From Hydrolagus affinis (lineage: Eukaryota), in assembly GCA_012026655.1 (NCBI GenBank), contig JAAILG010001153.1:1-64000 (forward strand): a stretch of 64,000 bases of DNA, in the 5' to 3' direction. Position 1 is the first letter of the stretch, and each line of letters starts with the position of its first letter. Shown one piece after another: positions 49,730-61,171 of this stretch. Below the pieces are notes generated by a model. It worked only from the letters and a program-made list of their open reading frames with translations. It searched no databases and was not told where the DNA came from. A program made the translations under genes and the position numbers.

Positions 49730-51200
49730 TTTAGATTTTTTGAGAACATATCAAGTAGACTAGATAGGGGGAATCAGTAGATTTAGATTTCCAAAAGGCA
49801 TTTGATAAGGTACCGCATAAAAGGTTGATCCACAAGATTAGGGCCCATGGAATAAGGGGAATATATTAGCATGGATTGAAGAATGGCTAATGGGAAAAAA
49901 AACAGAGAGTAGGGATAAACGGGTCCTTCTCAGATTGGCAGGATGTGACTAGTGGAGTGCCACAAGGATCAGTGCTTGGGCCTCAACTATTTAGTGGAGT
50001 GGAGCTCCTGTGGCTCAGTGGTTAGAGCACTTGTCTTCCAGGCTGGGGAGACCAAGCTGGGGAGACCTGTGTTCGAATCCAGGCAGGTCAGGGTGAAACC
50101 TTGGGCAAGTTTCCTTACTCCACACGCCTAATAATAATCCCTCCAAAAAAAAAAAAACACAATAATAAAATTGGTCATTTCAAACCATGACTGTTTGTGG
50201 GGGACACTGCTGTGCGCAAATGGCTGCCGCGATTCGCCCACAAATATATACAGTCAATTCACTTTACAGTATATTCTGTGAAGCGCTTTGGGACATTGAT
50301 AAGATGTGGAAAGCGCTATATCAAATGCAAGGATTATTATTATAACTAGGTGAGTGGGCAAGTAGGTGGCAGATGAAGTATAATGTAGGGAAGTGTAAGT
50401 CATCCACCTAGGTAGTAAAAACAGTAGAGCAGATTATTTTTTAGAAGGGGAGAGCCCAGATAATGTTAGCGTTCATAGGGACTTGGGTGTCCTTGTACAC
50501 CCGTCACAAAAAGTTAGTTTGCAGGTACAGCAAGCAACTAAGAAGGCTGATGGTATATTGGCATTTGTTACAAAAGGGTTAAAATATAAGAGTAGGGAAG
50601 TCTTGCTGCAACCGTATAGAGCCCTGGTGAGAACCACACCTAGAATATTGTGTGTAGATTTGTTTTCCTTATTTAAGAAAGGACATACTCGCCTTGGAGG
50701 GGATACAGCACAGATTCATTAGGTTGGTACCTGGGATGAGTGGGATGAGCTATGACGATAGGTTGAGCAATCTAGACCTATATTCTCTAGAATATAGAAG
50801 AATTAGAGGTGACCTTATAGAAACCTATAAGATTATTAAGGGGCAACACAAAGTAGATAGCGGGAGACTGTTTCCCCTAATTGGGGAAACAGTCTTAAAA
50901 TTAGGGGTCAGCCCTTTTGCACAGAATTGAGAAAAAACTTTTTCACTCAGAGGGTAATGAATTTTCTGGAATTCTGTACCCCAAAGGGCTGTAGATGCTC
51001 AGTCCTTGAACATATTCAACACTGAGATTGATAGATCTAAGGATGGAAATGTGGATAAAGGGATTAAGGGATTAAGGGATATGGGGATAAGGCGGGTAGG
51101 TGGTGTTAGATGAGAAGATCAGCCATGATCTTATCGAATGGCTGGGCAGGCTCGAGGGCCCGAATGGCCTACTCCTGCTCCTAATTCTTATGTTTTTATG
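49730..51200 (+). mobile_element. CR1 LINE (RT region to 3' end), inserted in L2 and interrupted by a SINE
   Basis: [56 protein letters not shown] and FFTQRV motifs; 3' end ggcctactcctgctcctaattcttatgtttttatg. Confidence 0.93.
49994..50343 (+). mobile_element. tRNA-derived SINE, full-length, with Pol III A and B boxes
   Basis: A box TGGCTCAGTGG (50011-50021), B box GTTCGAATCC (50071-50080), core gctgtgcgcaaatggctgccgcg and tail aagcgctatatcaaatgcaaggattattattat. Confidence 0.95.
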
Positions 51201-51310
51201 CTCTAACATCTACATGCTCCCACTTGGTTACATCATCCACAGACATGTGGTAAAGTTCCACATTTATGCGGATAACACCTAACTCTATCTTTCTGCTTCT
51301 ACCCTCGACT

Positions 51311-52796
51311 GCTGCCATCACCCCTTCCTTAAGAAACCCTCACTAGATCCCTCAAACCCTAGCCACTACTGCCCTATTTCTAACCTGCCCTTCCTTTCAA
51401 AACCACTGGAACGCGTTGTTGCCAACCAACTCCACGCCCACCTCTCCTCCCACTCCATCTTCGAACCCCTCCAGTCCGGTTTCCGCCCTGCCCACAGTAC
51501 TGAGACTGCGCTTGTGAAAGTCGCAAACGACGTCCTCTCTATCTGTGACCAGGGCTCCCTCTGTCTCCTTATCCTCCTGGACCTGTCCGCTGCATTCGAC
51601 AGAGTCGACCACACCATCCTCCTCCACCGCCTATCCTCTGTCATCCATCTCAGTGGGACCGCACTCGTTCAAGTCCTACCTCACAAACCGCCAGCAGTAC
51701 ATTTCCACAAATGGCTTTTCCTCCCACACTTACCCAGTTACTTGTGGGGTACCCCAGGGATCCATCCTTGGCCCCCTCCTCTTCCTCATCTTCCTCTTGG
51801 GGATGTCATCCGCAGGCATGGGGCACACTTCCACATGTATGCGGATGACACCCAACTCTATTTCTCCACTTCACTTTGTGACCCCCAGTCCCCTGATGTT
51901 CTGTCAGCCTGCCTGTCAGACATCAGGAGCTGGATGAGCGCAAATTTCTTGCAGCTGAATATTGACAAGATGGAAGCCATACTCTGGCTCTCGTCAACGT
52001 TCCCATTCACATGGCTCTCACCTCCTCCACCTTCCCGGTCTCCCCCCTGAAACTCTCCAAACCTGTGCGCAACCTTGGCATCAGGTTCGACTCCCAACTG
52101 TCCTTCCTCCCCCACATCCGGTCCCTCACTAGCACCGCCTTCCTCAACCTCCGTCAGATTGCCCATCTCCGGCAATACCTCATCCCAAAAGCTGCTGAAA
52201 CCCTGGTCCATGCCTTCGTCACCTCTCGGCTGGACTATTCAAATGCCTTCCTCGCCGGTCTCCCCTCCACCACAATCCATAAAATCCAACTCATTCAAAA
52301 CTCTGCCGCCCGCATACTCACCCACACCAAACTTCACTCCCCCATTACCCCAGTCCTTGCCAGACTTCACTGGCTCCCTATCCCTGAGAGGATAGACTTC
52401 AAGATCCTCACCCTTGTTTTCAAATCCATCCACTCCTCTGCACCCCACTACCTCTCTAACCTCCTCTCTCTTCAAACCAGCTCCCGTTGCCTTCGCTCCA
52501 TCGGGTTTGGCCTCCTCCACGTCCCCCAAATCCTCCGCTCCACCCTCGGCGGCCGGGCCTTCAGCCACTATGCCCCGAGGCACTGGAATTCCCTCCCTCA
52601 CTACCTTCGTCTTGCCCCTCTTTTCTCAGTTTCAGGTCCCAGCTGACGACCTTTCTCTTCGCCCGCGCCTTTGGTCACGTTTCTACCCCTGCTCCTGGCT
52701 CAGTCCCAGGATCCGCTCTTGTGAAGCTCTCTAAGACACCGACCGGCATGGAGGGCGTTATATAAATCAAAGTTGTTCTTGTTGTTTGTTGTTGTT
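51311..52796 (+). mobile_element. Second L2 element (different subfamily) nested in the host L2
   Basis: [43 protein letters not shown] and LARLHWLPIPERIDFKIL motifs; it has its own tail gctctctaagacaccgaccggcatggagggcgttatataaatc(TTG)n and is flanked by gact on both sides. Confidence 0.92.
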
Positions 52797-53811
52797 GACT
52801 CCAGGAACATTAATATCCTGTCAGACATCAAGTCCTGGATGAGAGCTAACTTTCTCAGTTGAAGATCAACAAGACTGAGGCCCTCCTGATTGGCTCGCGC
52901 CAGCGCTTTCACGCATCAGACACAGGCAGCAAAAACCTGCTTGGTTGCACAGTCAACCTCACCAAACTAGTCAGGAACCTAGGTGTCTTGTTCAATCCTC
53001 AACAGTCTTTCCTCCCCCATATCCAAGCAATGACACTTCTGACTTCCCTCACCTCCGCAATATTGCCCGTGTGCCATTACCTCACCCCACAGGCTGCTGA
53101 AATCATCATTCATGCCTTCATCACATCTCGGCTCGACTATGCCAATGTCCCGCTTGTCAGCATTCCCAATTTCTCCCTCCATAGGTTGCAGATAATCCAG
53201 AAATCTGCGACCCATGCCTTCTACTGCTCCAAGCTTCTGACCCCATCGCCCCTATCCTCGCCCAACTCCATTGGCTTCCCATCACCCAGAGGAACCAATT
53301 CAAAATCCTGGTCCTCACATTCAAATCCCTCCACGGACTCGCCCCACATTACCTCTGTGATCTCCTAACCCCCTAACAACCGGCCCGCCCCTTCAATTTT
53401 CAGCAGGCTCTGGCCTGCTCTACGTCCCCCGACCCCCACCCCACCATTGGAGGGTGAGCCTTCAGCCACACTGCCCCCAACCTCTGGAATTCCATCCCGC
53501 AGTCCCTCCGCCTCAACCCCTCCCTGGCCTCTTTCAAGTTTCGTCTCAATACCCTCCTTTTTGACGGTCCCATCGGTCATCCCAAATTTCCCCCTTTCCC
53601 TCCACCCTCCCTGTCCTCGACTCCAACTTGGGTCGGAAGCAGTGACTGTCCAATGCCTTGGGTCGTCTTACTGATGTGAAAGGTGCTGTACAAGTGTAGT
53701 TTTGTTGTTGTTGTTGTAGGAGCTCTGAGACACTGCCCTTAGTGAAGGGCTCTATATAAATGCAAGGTGTTATTGTAGACTTTGGATCTGGCTGTCAGGT
53801 GCCAATGTGAA

Positions 53812-54093
53812 GATTAGGGGTCAGCCCTTTCGCACTAAGTTGAGAAAAAATTTCTTCACTCAGAGGGTAGTGAATTTATGGAATTTTCTACCCCCAAAGG
53901 GCTGTGGATGCTCAGTCCTTGAACATATTCAAGACTGAGATTGATAGATTTCTTATGGATAAAAGGATTAAGGGATATGGGGATAAGGCGGGTAAGTGGA
54001 GCTAGAATAGATCAGCCATGATCTTATTAAATGGCGGTGCAGGCTCGAAGGGCTGGATGGCCTACTCCTGCTCCTAATTCTTATGTTCTTATG
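53812..54093 (+). mobile_element. CR1 3' end (same subfamily as 50900-51200)
   Basis: attaggggtcagccctttcgcactaagttgagaaaaaatttcttcactcagagggt...cctactcctgctcctaattcttatgttcttatg. Confidence 0.92.
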
Positions 54094-54142
54094 TCAAGCA
54101 GAAGCTCAGCACTCCCCTCAAAAATAACAACTTGGGTTTATA

Positions 54143-54650
54143 TAACAACAACAAACAACAACTTGCGTTTATATAGTATCCTCCATGCCAGTTGGTGTCT
54201 CAGAGGGCTTCACTAAAGGAGCCCGGGGCCAAGCCAGGGCGAAGGGGAAGGTGACTGTAGGTGCAGTTGAACAAAAAGGTCTTCAGGCACGACCTGAAAA
54301 TGGAAAAGGAGGGGGTGAGACGAAAGGATTGAGGGAGGGAGTTCCAGAATTTCAGGGGGTAGTGGTTGAAGGCACGCCTGCCGATGATGGAGCAGAGGAT
54401 TCGGGGGACAAGGAGGAGGCCAGACTCAGTAGAGCAGAGGCAGTAGGTACTGCTGTGAGGAGAGAGGAGGTTAGAGAAGTAGGGGGGGTGCAGAGGAGTG
54501 GAGGGATTTAAACACAAGAATGAGGATTTTGATGTCAATCCGGTCTGTGACAGGGAGCCGGTGAAGTCTGGCGAGGACTGGGGTAATCGGGGAAGCGAAA
54601 TTTGGTTCAGCTGAGAATGCGGGCAGCAGTGTTCTGTACGAGCTGGATAT
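54143..54650 (-). mobile_element. L2 3' fragment
   Basis: (CAA)n tail; minus-strand IGRRAFNHYPLKFWNSLPQSFRL, same subfamily as 51311-52796. Confidence 0.88.
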
Positions 54651-55094
54651 ATATCGCCTTCAAGCAGAGGAGTCGGTGCGAAATGTAATTTGCATGACTT
54701 GATAGTACACTATTAGGAAAGACCTGGAGCATATTACCTCCTATGATTTAACCCATGCTGGTGTTCAGGTGGTGCAGGTTCCAGACACCCGAAAGAGAGA
54801 AAGTAAAAACATCTAAAGCAAGATCATTCTTACTGCAATGGAATCTTCTTGTGAATATTTGCTGATTTCACAGTAGCATTAGTGGGTAGAGTGGTATGGT
54901 TACCATGGTTACAAGTCCACAGCACAGTCCTTTCATTCAGCCTTTCATTGAGCTAAACTAGTTCTCTTTAGTATTTTTTTTGTTACTTTTAATCTGGAAG
55001 GTTGTTTTGTTTCACAATGCAGGCTTCATGTCTTAAAAAAAAAGTACAGAGAACAGACAGAGCAGGAGAAGAACATTAAAATGCCAAATTTAAA

Positions 55095-55402
55095 AATTTG
55101 GGATTGTTGGCCAGGACACCAGGAGAAACTCTTCTCTTTTCGAACAGTGCTGTGGGATCTTTAATGTTTATCTGCGCAGGCAGATAGATTATCATCTCAT
55201 ACGCATGTCATGACAATACAGCCCAACACTGGAGTGTTAGCATAGAGAGTAGGGTTCCTGCATATCAGTTGAAACCACAACTTTATAACGCAACACCAAC
55301 AACAACAAAATTACATTTGTAGAGTGCCTTTCATGTTGGGAGGATGTCCCAAGGCACTGAAACTCAGAAGCAAGAGAGCTACCAACTGAACCAGCCTGAC
55401 AC
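55095..55402 (-). mobile_element. Older DeuSINE-like copy interrupted by an L2 tail (about 55290-55359)
   Basis: ttggccaggacaccaggagaaactc...gtgctgtgggatctttaatg...actcagaagcaagagagctaccaactgaacca. Confidence 0.65.
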
Positions 55403-58177
55403 ACAAATATTGATAGGAGAAAGAAGACAAGAGGAAATGGGAGAGAGAACTCAAAGCATAGGAAGCAAGAGAACATTGTAAGATGCAGATAAGTGAAAAA
55501 GAGATAATAAATTCTGCTTTTCCAGGGGAACAAGAACTTCCTGAATGTCAGTTAATGCGGTTGGACCAAGGCATGTCAGGACCATGAATCTTTTCATGCT
55601 TTCAAGTATTTTAACTGGTTGTCTATAATGAATCAATATGGATTGTATATTGTTAATAGACCAGGAAAAATACAAGGTGGTCAAATCCAGTCCATCAATC
55701 CAACCAGTCTCTGGCAGCCTCTTGTTTTCTGATGCTTCTTGTTTTGTTTGGTCATTTCTTCCTCTCTGCCCTTTCTTTTCTCCATTACTTCTCACCCTGT
55801 CTATTTGTTGCCTCTGACCCTCTGATTCGCCATTCCTCTGGACCTCAAGCAGAGCTGGACATGTGCCCTGTAACAATATAAGTGATGACTTGTGCTTGTA
55901 ACAATATAATATTTGTATTCCTTCAGAATTCTTTGCCAAAATGCACAAGTAAACTGTGCCATTTTGAGTCTTATTTTATAACAAGTTGTGAATCAAACGC
56001 AAGTTTTTTCAAATATGTAAACGGATTCTACTGTGGGAAGTAGCATTCTGAGCTATTTTTGCAAAGTACATTTTCAGAAAGAGAAATATTCTGAAGTGTT
56101 ACTTTACTGTGTTTTGTTGCAAACAAGCTCTTTGTACTTTGGTTGCTAGTCACTCCGATTTTAAGGTGGTATGAGTAGTGTGCTGGTTATCTGCAGTATT
56201 CAGTCTTGTGAGCCAGCAGTGAGAGTCTTTCATTGCTGAAACTTGAAAATTTATCTTGTTTCTGTTCCTATTCATTTTCCTGTTTCAGAAGTTTAGAACA
56301 ATGTTTTATACAGTAGATGTTGTTCTCTCCGTCATACATCATTCAGAAAGGTGGGTGCGGAGGCTAGCTGTTGATGGAAACCATACTTTTTTTTTCTATT
56401 TCTGTCCATCCAATTTCTCAAAAGGCTCCTTCCACACATCTATTCCACCACCAAGTACCGTTAGAACAAAGAACAGACTTGTGTATTTCTAGAAACTTCT
56501 TGTTACAGTTTTATAACTGCTCCATTTCAGTGAGGGAGGCAGACCATCCACTCATATGTAAAAGTTTTGATAACCTAAATTCCACCAGTCTTGGCCCATA
56601 TAAAAATTGTCTTGAAATTTAAGATTACCCTGTATTGTGATAAACTCAAATACATTCTTTATTCGGAAGACTTTTTTCCACAGTTCTTATTAGAAACATA
56701 CAGCTCAGAAGGAGGCCATTCTGGTCACTGAATCTGTTCTGGCTGACAAAGCAAGGATATTATTTCACTCCCATTGCCCCTAACACAGTACTAGACTATT
56801 GTCTCAAACTAGCCTTTATGAGGCAGAAATCGTGATGGTCAAAGATACTTGAGAAACAACAAGTGATGCAGTAGTTCACATCGCAGTTCACAAGCTTAAA
56901 ACCAGGGTGGTTTTAGGTGATAAAGCTCCAATACCCTAATGTCTACTCTTGGGTCCCCAAATTCTTGCTAACCAGAGGCAATAAAATTAATTTCCACACA
57001 TGTTAGATGCCTGACTGACAAAGAAAGAGAGATTTGGATGAAGGTCTTTTGACCTATTTGTTCTCATCCTTCCCATCACAACATCAGTCTTTTTTTTAAT
57101 GAGTACAGCATCTTGGACTCAACCATTCTTTCTGCCCTGGTGTCTCCTCCAGTCATTAATTAACTTTCATAAATACCATTTAGAGATTATAGCATATTCA
57201 TTGGAATATATCCACTTTGCACAGCATTCTGAATTGTAGCAAATGTTGATCTACACAGCTGCATTTCAGAAGACAATGTTTCCTTCCTTTGACAATCTGT
57301 GATTTTTGTCTCATTTTTTTCAAATAAAAAAGGAATCAGAGAAAACTATTCTCTGCATCAAAGAGAACAAAGGGTGAAAGGTCAGTTTCAGAAAGAAAAA
57401 AACTTGCACTTGTCAAATCAACATCACAAACTGCTATATGTAATCACTATATAATAATAATGCTTGTGTTTCATATAATGCCTTATCACATCACCTTAAA
57501 GTACTTCATAGGATATACTGTACTGTAAAACAATGTGACTATGTGTGTACTCTGTGGTGAGACTGTAAGATCTCACAGGTAAATGTTCCTAATACCAGCC
57601 ATGAATGATCATCTCATCTGAAGGATTGTTGTATTTCTGATTATTTGGGGGATTTTGTGGTAAAACTTGAGCATGGTTAAGGCAGTTCATGTGGGAAGAA
57701 CATGCAGTTCTGTAGATGAGGGTAATAAGTGAAGGTTGGAGGGAGTTGAATGCAGAGTTAATGATGTTTCAATGTGTGTGGCACAATATGCATTAATTGT
57801 CCTCAGAAACATGAAAACACTCTGGGAGCTATAAAAGCTAGTAATAAAGAGGTCATCCCACACATGACCATATGCTTGTGAATTTTCTCAATAACCCTCC
57901 TCCCTGGATTGCTGAGTGGAAAACAACCGTTGGAGTCCATATTGTTTCACAAGAAATAAAATAATAATCCTTGCATTTTGTATAGTGCTTTTCATGTCTT
58001 CTACATGTCTCAAAGCGCTTCATGGAATATACTGTAAAGTGAACTGACTGTACTGACACAAAACATGGCACCCAATTGCGCATAGCAATGTCTCACATAC
58101 AGCCATAGATTGAAATGATCAATTTATTATTTTTTTTTGGTGGGTGTAGTAGGGAAACTTATCCAAGGTTTCACCCT

Positions 58178-58294
58178 AACAAAAACAAAAGTTGCTGGGG
58201 AAACTCAGCAGGTCAAACAGCATCCATGGAGAAAGGAAAAGAGTAAACGTTTCGGGTCTACAACCCTTCGTCAGGACAGAATTTTGTGTTTTGT
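58178..58294 (-). mobile_element. 117-bp Penelope-like terminal-repeat fragment with a 14-bp target-site duplication
   Basis: Flanked by CAAGGTTTCACCCT at 58164-58177 and 58295-58308; shares gatgctg..tgacctgctgagttt.cc.gcaactt with the insertion at 4790; carries a hammerhead-like core. Confidence 0.7.
58244..58277 (-). ncRNA. Minimal type I hammerhead ribozyme-like motif (probably degenerate)
   Basis: The minus strand reads GUC-CUGACGA-A-GGGU-UGUAG-ACCC-GAAAC-GUU-UAC: a CUGANGA box, a 4-bp stem II, a GAAA box and a palindromic AAACGUUU in place of stem III. Stem I is weak in this copy. Confidence 0.6.
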
Positions 58295-58399
58295 CAAGGT
58301 TTCACCCTGCCTGGAATAGAAACCAGGTCTACCGCTTGCAAGGCAAGAGCTCTAACCACTGAGCTACAGGACTCCATGTTGAGAGGACTTTTTATAGGC

Positions 58400-58695
58400 G
58401 AATGCAGCCGCCCCTTTTTTTGCACAGTAAAGTCACTCAATGATCAATTTTATTTGGGGCATTATTGAACCTAGACATTAAATTGCATCATGGGATCTAT
58501 AATGTCTACATAAACAACCAGACTCGACCTCGGTTTAATGTTTTATCCAAAGAATGATACCTCTGACCATGCAACACACCCTACCATGTATTCGAGTGTC
58601 AACCTAAATCATTTAAACCCCTCCCCTCATTGGGCTTCAACCCACCATCTTATCACTTAGAGGCAACAATGCTACCAGCCGAGCTAGGCTGACCT
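58400..58695 (-). mobile_element. Degenerate older DeuSINE-like copy
   Basis: catgggatctataatgtc...acctcggtttaatgttttatccaaagaatgatacctctgac...cttagaggcaacaatgctacca..gagctaggctgac. Confidence 0.6.
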
Positions 58696-58780
58696 CAGGC
58701 TGATAAATGCTTGCTGGCTAACTTCTATTGGAGAATGTTTAATTTCCCAACCATGGTTTCAGTGTTACATGTAGATGTAT

Positions 58781-59089
58781 GTGGAGTCCTGTAGCTCAGG
58801 GGTTAGAGCATTTGCCTTACAAGCTTGAGACCTGTGTTTCGAATGCAAGCAGGTCAGGGTGAAACCTTGGGCAACTTTCCTTACTCCACACTCCCGCAAA
58901 TAAAAATAATTTAAAATTTTTTTCATTTTCATTCCATGGCTGGTTGTGGGATACTGCTGTGCGCAATTGGCTGCCACGTTTCGCTCACAAATATATAGTC
59001 AATTCAATTGACAGTATATTGTGTGAAGCGCTTTGAGACATCTAGAAGACATGAAAAGTGCTATATCAAATGTAAGGATTATTATTATT
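58781..59089 (+). mobile_element. tRNA-derived SINE, full-length
   Basis: gtggagtcctgtagctcaggggttagagc head through tail ctatatcaaatgtaaggattattattat. Confidence 0.93.
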
Positions 59090-60435
59090 GTTATAAATTT
59101 CAGTAACTATTCTTGTGCTTTGCAGTCTTTTGAGACAACGGTCAAATTGAATTCATTCTCTTACTACTAACTCACTTGGTTTTCTGATGTGGTAATTATA
59201 TCATTTATTTCGAAACATTTTATGTACAGTATATTAGAAAGTTATTTGAAACCATCACCCGTTCCCACTCAATTTCCAACCCCACCAACTCCGGCTCTGA
59301 CTGACCTTCTGGCCCTGTCTGTTCCACTTCAAACTGCCCAAACTACTGTATACCATAAGTTGCACCTGAAAATCACAAACTATTGAGAATGCTCTTCCAG
59401 TTATTTCTAAGACAAACTCTACACAATTTTGATGCAATTGAACAAAGTATTAAAAACCTGAATGTTTTTCTTTACAGCTGATATATTGTCATTACAAGTT
59501 GAAGAGTGCTGGTATTGAGATCCTATAAAGAGAATGTAACTGCTTGTGGTAGGATCATTAATACAATAGACATTGCCCACAATCATCATGCACTATACTG
59601 CCTATATAAATCGCCCCCTGCACACTGTATAGCTTCCAAAAACTGCATTGTAAGGGCTCTGCTGCATTAAACTATTTCTAGAGGCAACGTGAGAATATTG
59701 GCAAAAGTGAATGACAATGATGGAAAGCAATTTTGGTCAAATGGAGAAGTGTAATGGCTTGGCTCAGTTATATACTGACAGTAACCAATTTTAACAGCTG
59801 TAGCAAAATAGAAATCTATCGAGCTCTCCCCCCCACCCACTGTCTTTGATAGCAGTTCTCCATTCAGCGCATCAGAACATCATCTCAACTGTGTCAGGTA
59901 ATTATTTTAATAGTAAGGATAAGAGTGTTCTCTCACTGCAACACTGGCCATTTAACATCCTGATGATAAAACTGCCTAGAGTGAATGTTTAATCCTTTTG
60001 GTTCTTGTTACAATTCTGCTGAGATGTGGGAATGCGACACAGAAGCTGTAAAAATTAAAAGCTCCTGCTTCCTTTTACTTCCAGTATAATCTGTTGGATG
60101 TAGTTTTGGCTTGTGATGAGGAAGGAAAATGGTTGCATTTGTTAAGCGCTTACAAAACCTATTGGAGTCAGTTTGTCAGATTTAAGGAACTACACAGTTG
60201 TATGGAATAAATTCTGCCTCAGCTCAATCAAATCAACCACATTGCTGCTACACCCTATAGGATTAGGTTTACGTAGACATGGACTGTCGGAAATTTAACA
60301 AGGTCACTTTCTCTTAGTACAATTCTGGTGACTCTTTGTCATACCATGCAACCTTTCAGGTTACTCTAATTTTCCCCTTCTCTGAGACTTGTCATACTTG
60401 TTGGGAAAGTCATTTAGCCGATCAAACTGTAATTA

Positions 60436-61171
60436 CAGTTGAAGCCCGTTTATCCGTGACTCGATGAACTGGCACTTCCATACGACCGGCACGCCAAAAA
60501 AAGTCCCCATTCGATAAACCGGAACTTATCCGGACCAATAGCAGTGGAGCATTTGTAAATGCATAAATAATAACATAATAACAGAATATTGTATTGGTAC
60601 TTATTGTTAAAACTACTCTCTTGCGCTTCTCACCCTTGCTTGTAGATGCTGCACTTGAAGCCATGATGCTATGGTTGAGGTTTATAGTCTAGCGATTCTT
60701 TTTAAAATGGAGCATGCCAAGCGGGTGAAAAAACCGAGCACGACTTTAAAGCCATACTAGCGGCTAGCCGATAACGCTAGCCGATAACCCACATTGTCGC
60801 GCAGATGCAGTATTTCGGTTTACCGCTAGTAGAATCTAGGGTTATCAGCTTGCAGCTAGTAAAGTCGCGCGACTTTAAAATCGCGCTGCCATATTTTTAC
60901 CTGCTTGGCGTCCTCCATTTAAAAAAGAATCGCTGGACTGTAAACCTCAATCAGTAAAGGTGAGAAGCGCAAGAGAGTAGTTTTAAAAATCAGTTCCAAT
61001 ACAATATTCTGTTATTATCTATTATTACTTAGTCTGGTGCGTATGGTGTGTGTTAAAAGAACTTAAATTTTTTTGTGATGGGTTTTTGGCCGTGGGCCGC
61101 CCGAATATCCGGCAGCGCTTTAACCAGCATTGGCCAGGTCCCATGGGTGCCGGATAAACGGGCTTTTACTG
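60436..61171. mobile_element. Non-autonomous Tigger/pogo-type DNA transposon with internal inverted duplication
   Basis: TIRs CAGTTGAAGCCCGTTTATCCG and CGGATAAACGGGCTTTTACTG (19/21 match); TA on the left and TG on the right; carries the transposase N-terminal remnant MASSAASTSKGEKRKRVVLTI, similar to the KRKRVVLTI start of JRKL/TIGD-type proteins. Confidence 0.9.

Larger units (their letters stand above)
49100..53716 (+). mobile_element. Host L2 element split into three pieces (about 49100-49706, 51204-51310, 52797-53716)
   Basis: An endonuclease-like remnant (HILGNFNLH) and CGIPQGSVLRPLL lie before the CR1. NIYMLPLGYIIHRHVVKFHIYADNT follows it. The element resumes at gactccagg...SDIKSWMRANF...KTEALLIG and runs to an L2 tail with (TTG)n at 53716. 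Confidence 0.8.
57961..58376 (-). mobile_element. tRNA-derived SINE, full-length, interrupted at 58178-58294
   Basis: Tail, core and head (tctaaccactgagctacaggactcca) are all present. Confidence 0.92.

Noticed and set aside
49994-50090. tRNA gene
   Set aside because: The A and B boxes belong to a SINE head. There is no acceptor stem closure, it has an internal duplication, and it is followed by SINE body and tail.
51514-52646. 178-aa and 211-aa ORFs as an active reverse transcriptase
   Set aside because: They are frameshifted pieces of a 5'-truncated L2 with no endonuclease domain.
56289-56350. AG...GT-bounded 62-nt pseudo-exon after a long pyrimidine tract
   Set aside because: It has an in-frame stop, no similarity to RALYL and no independent support.
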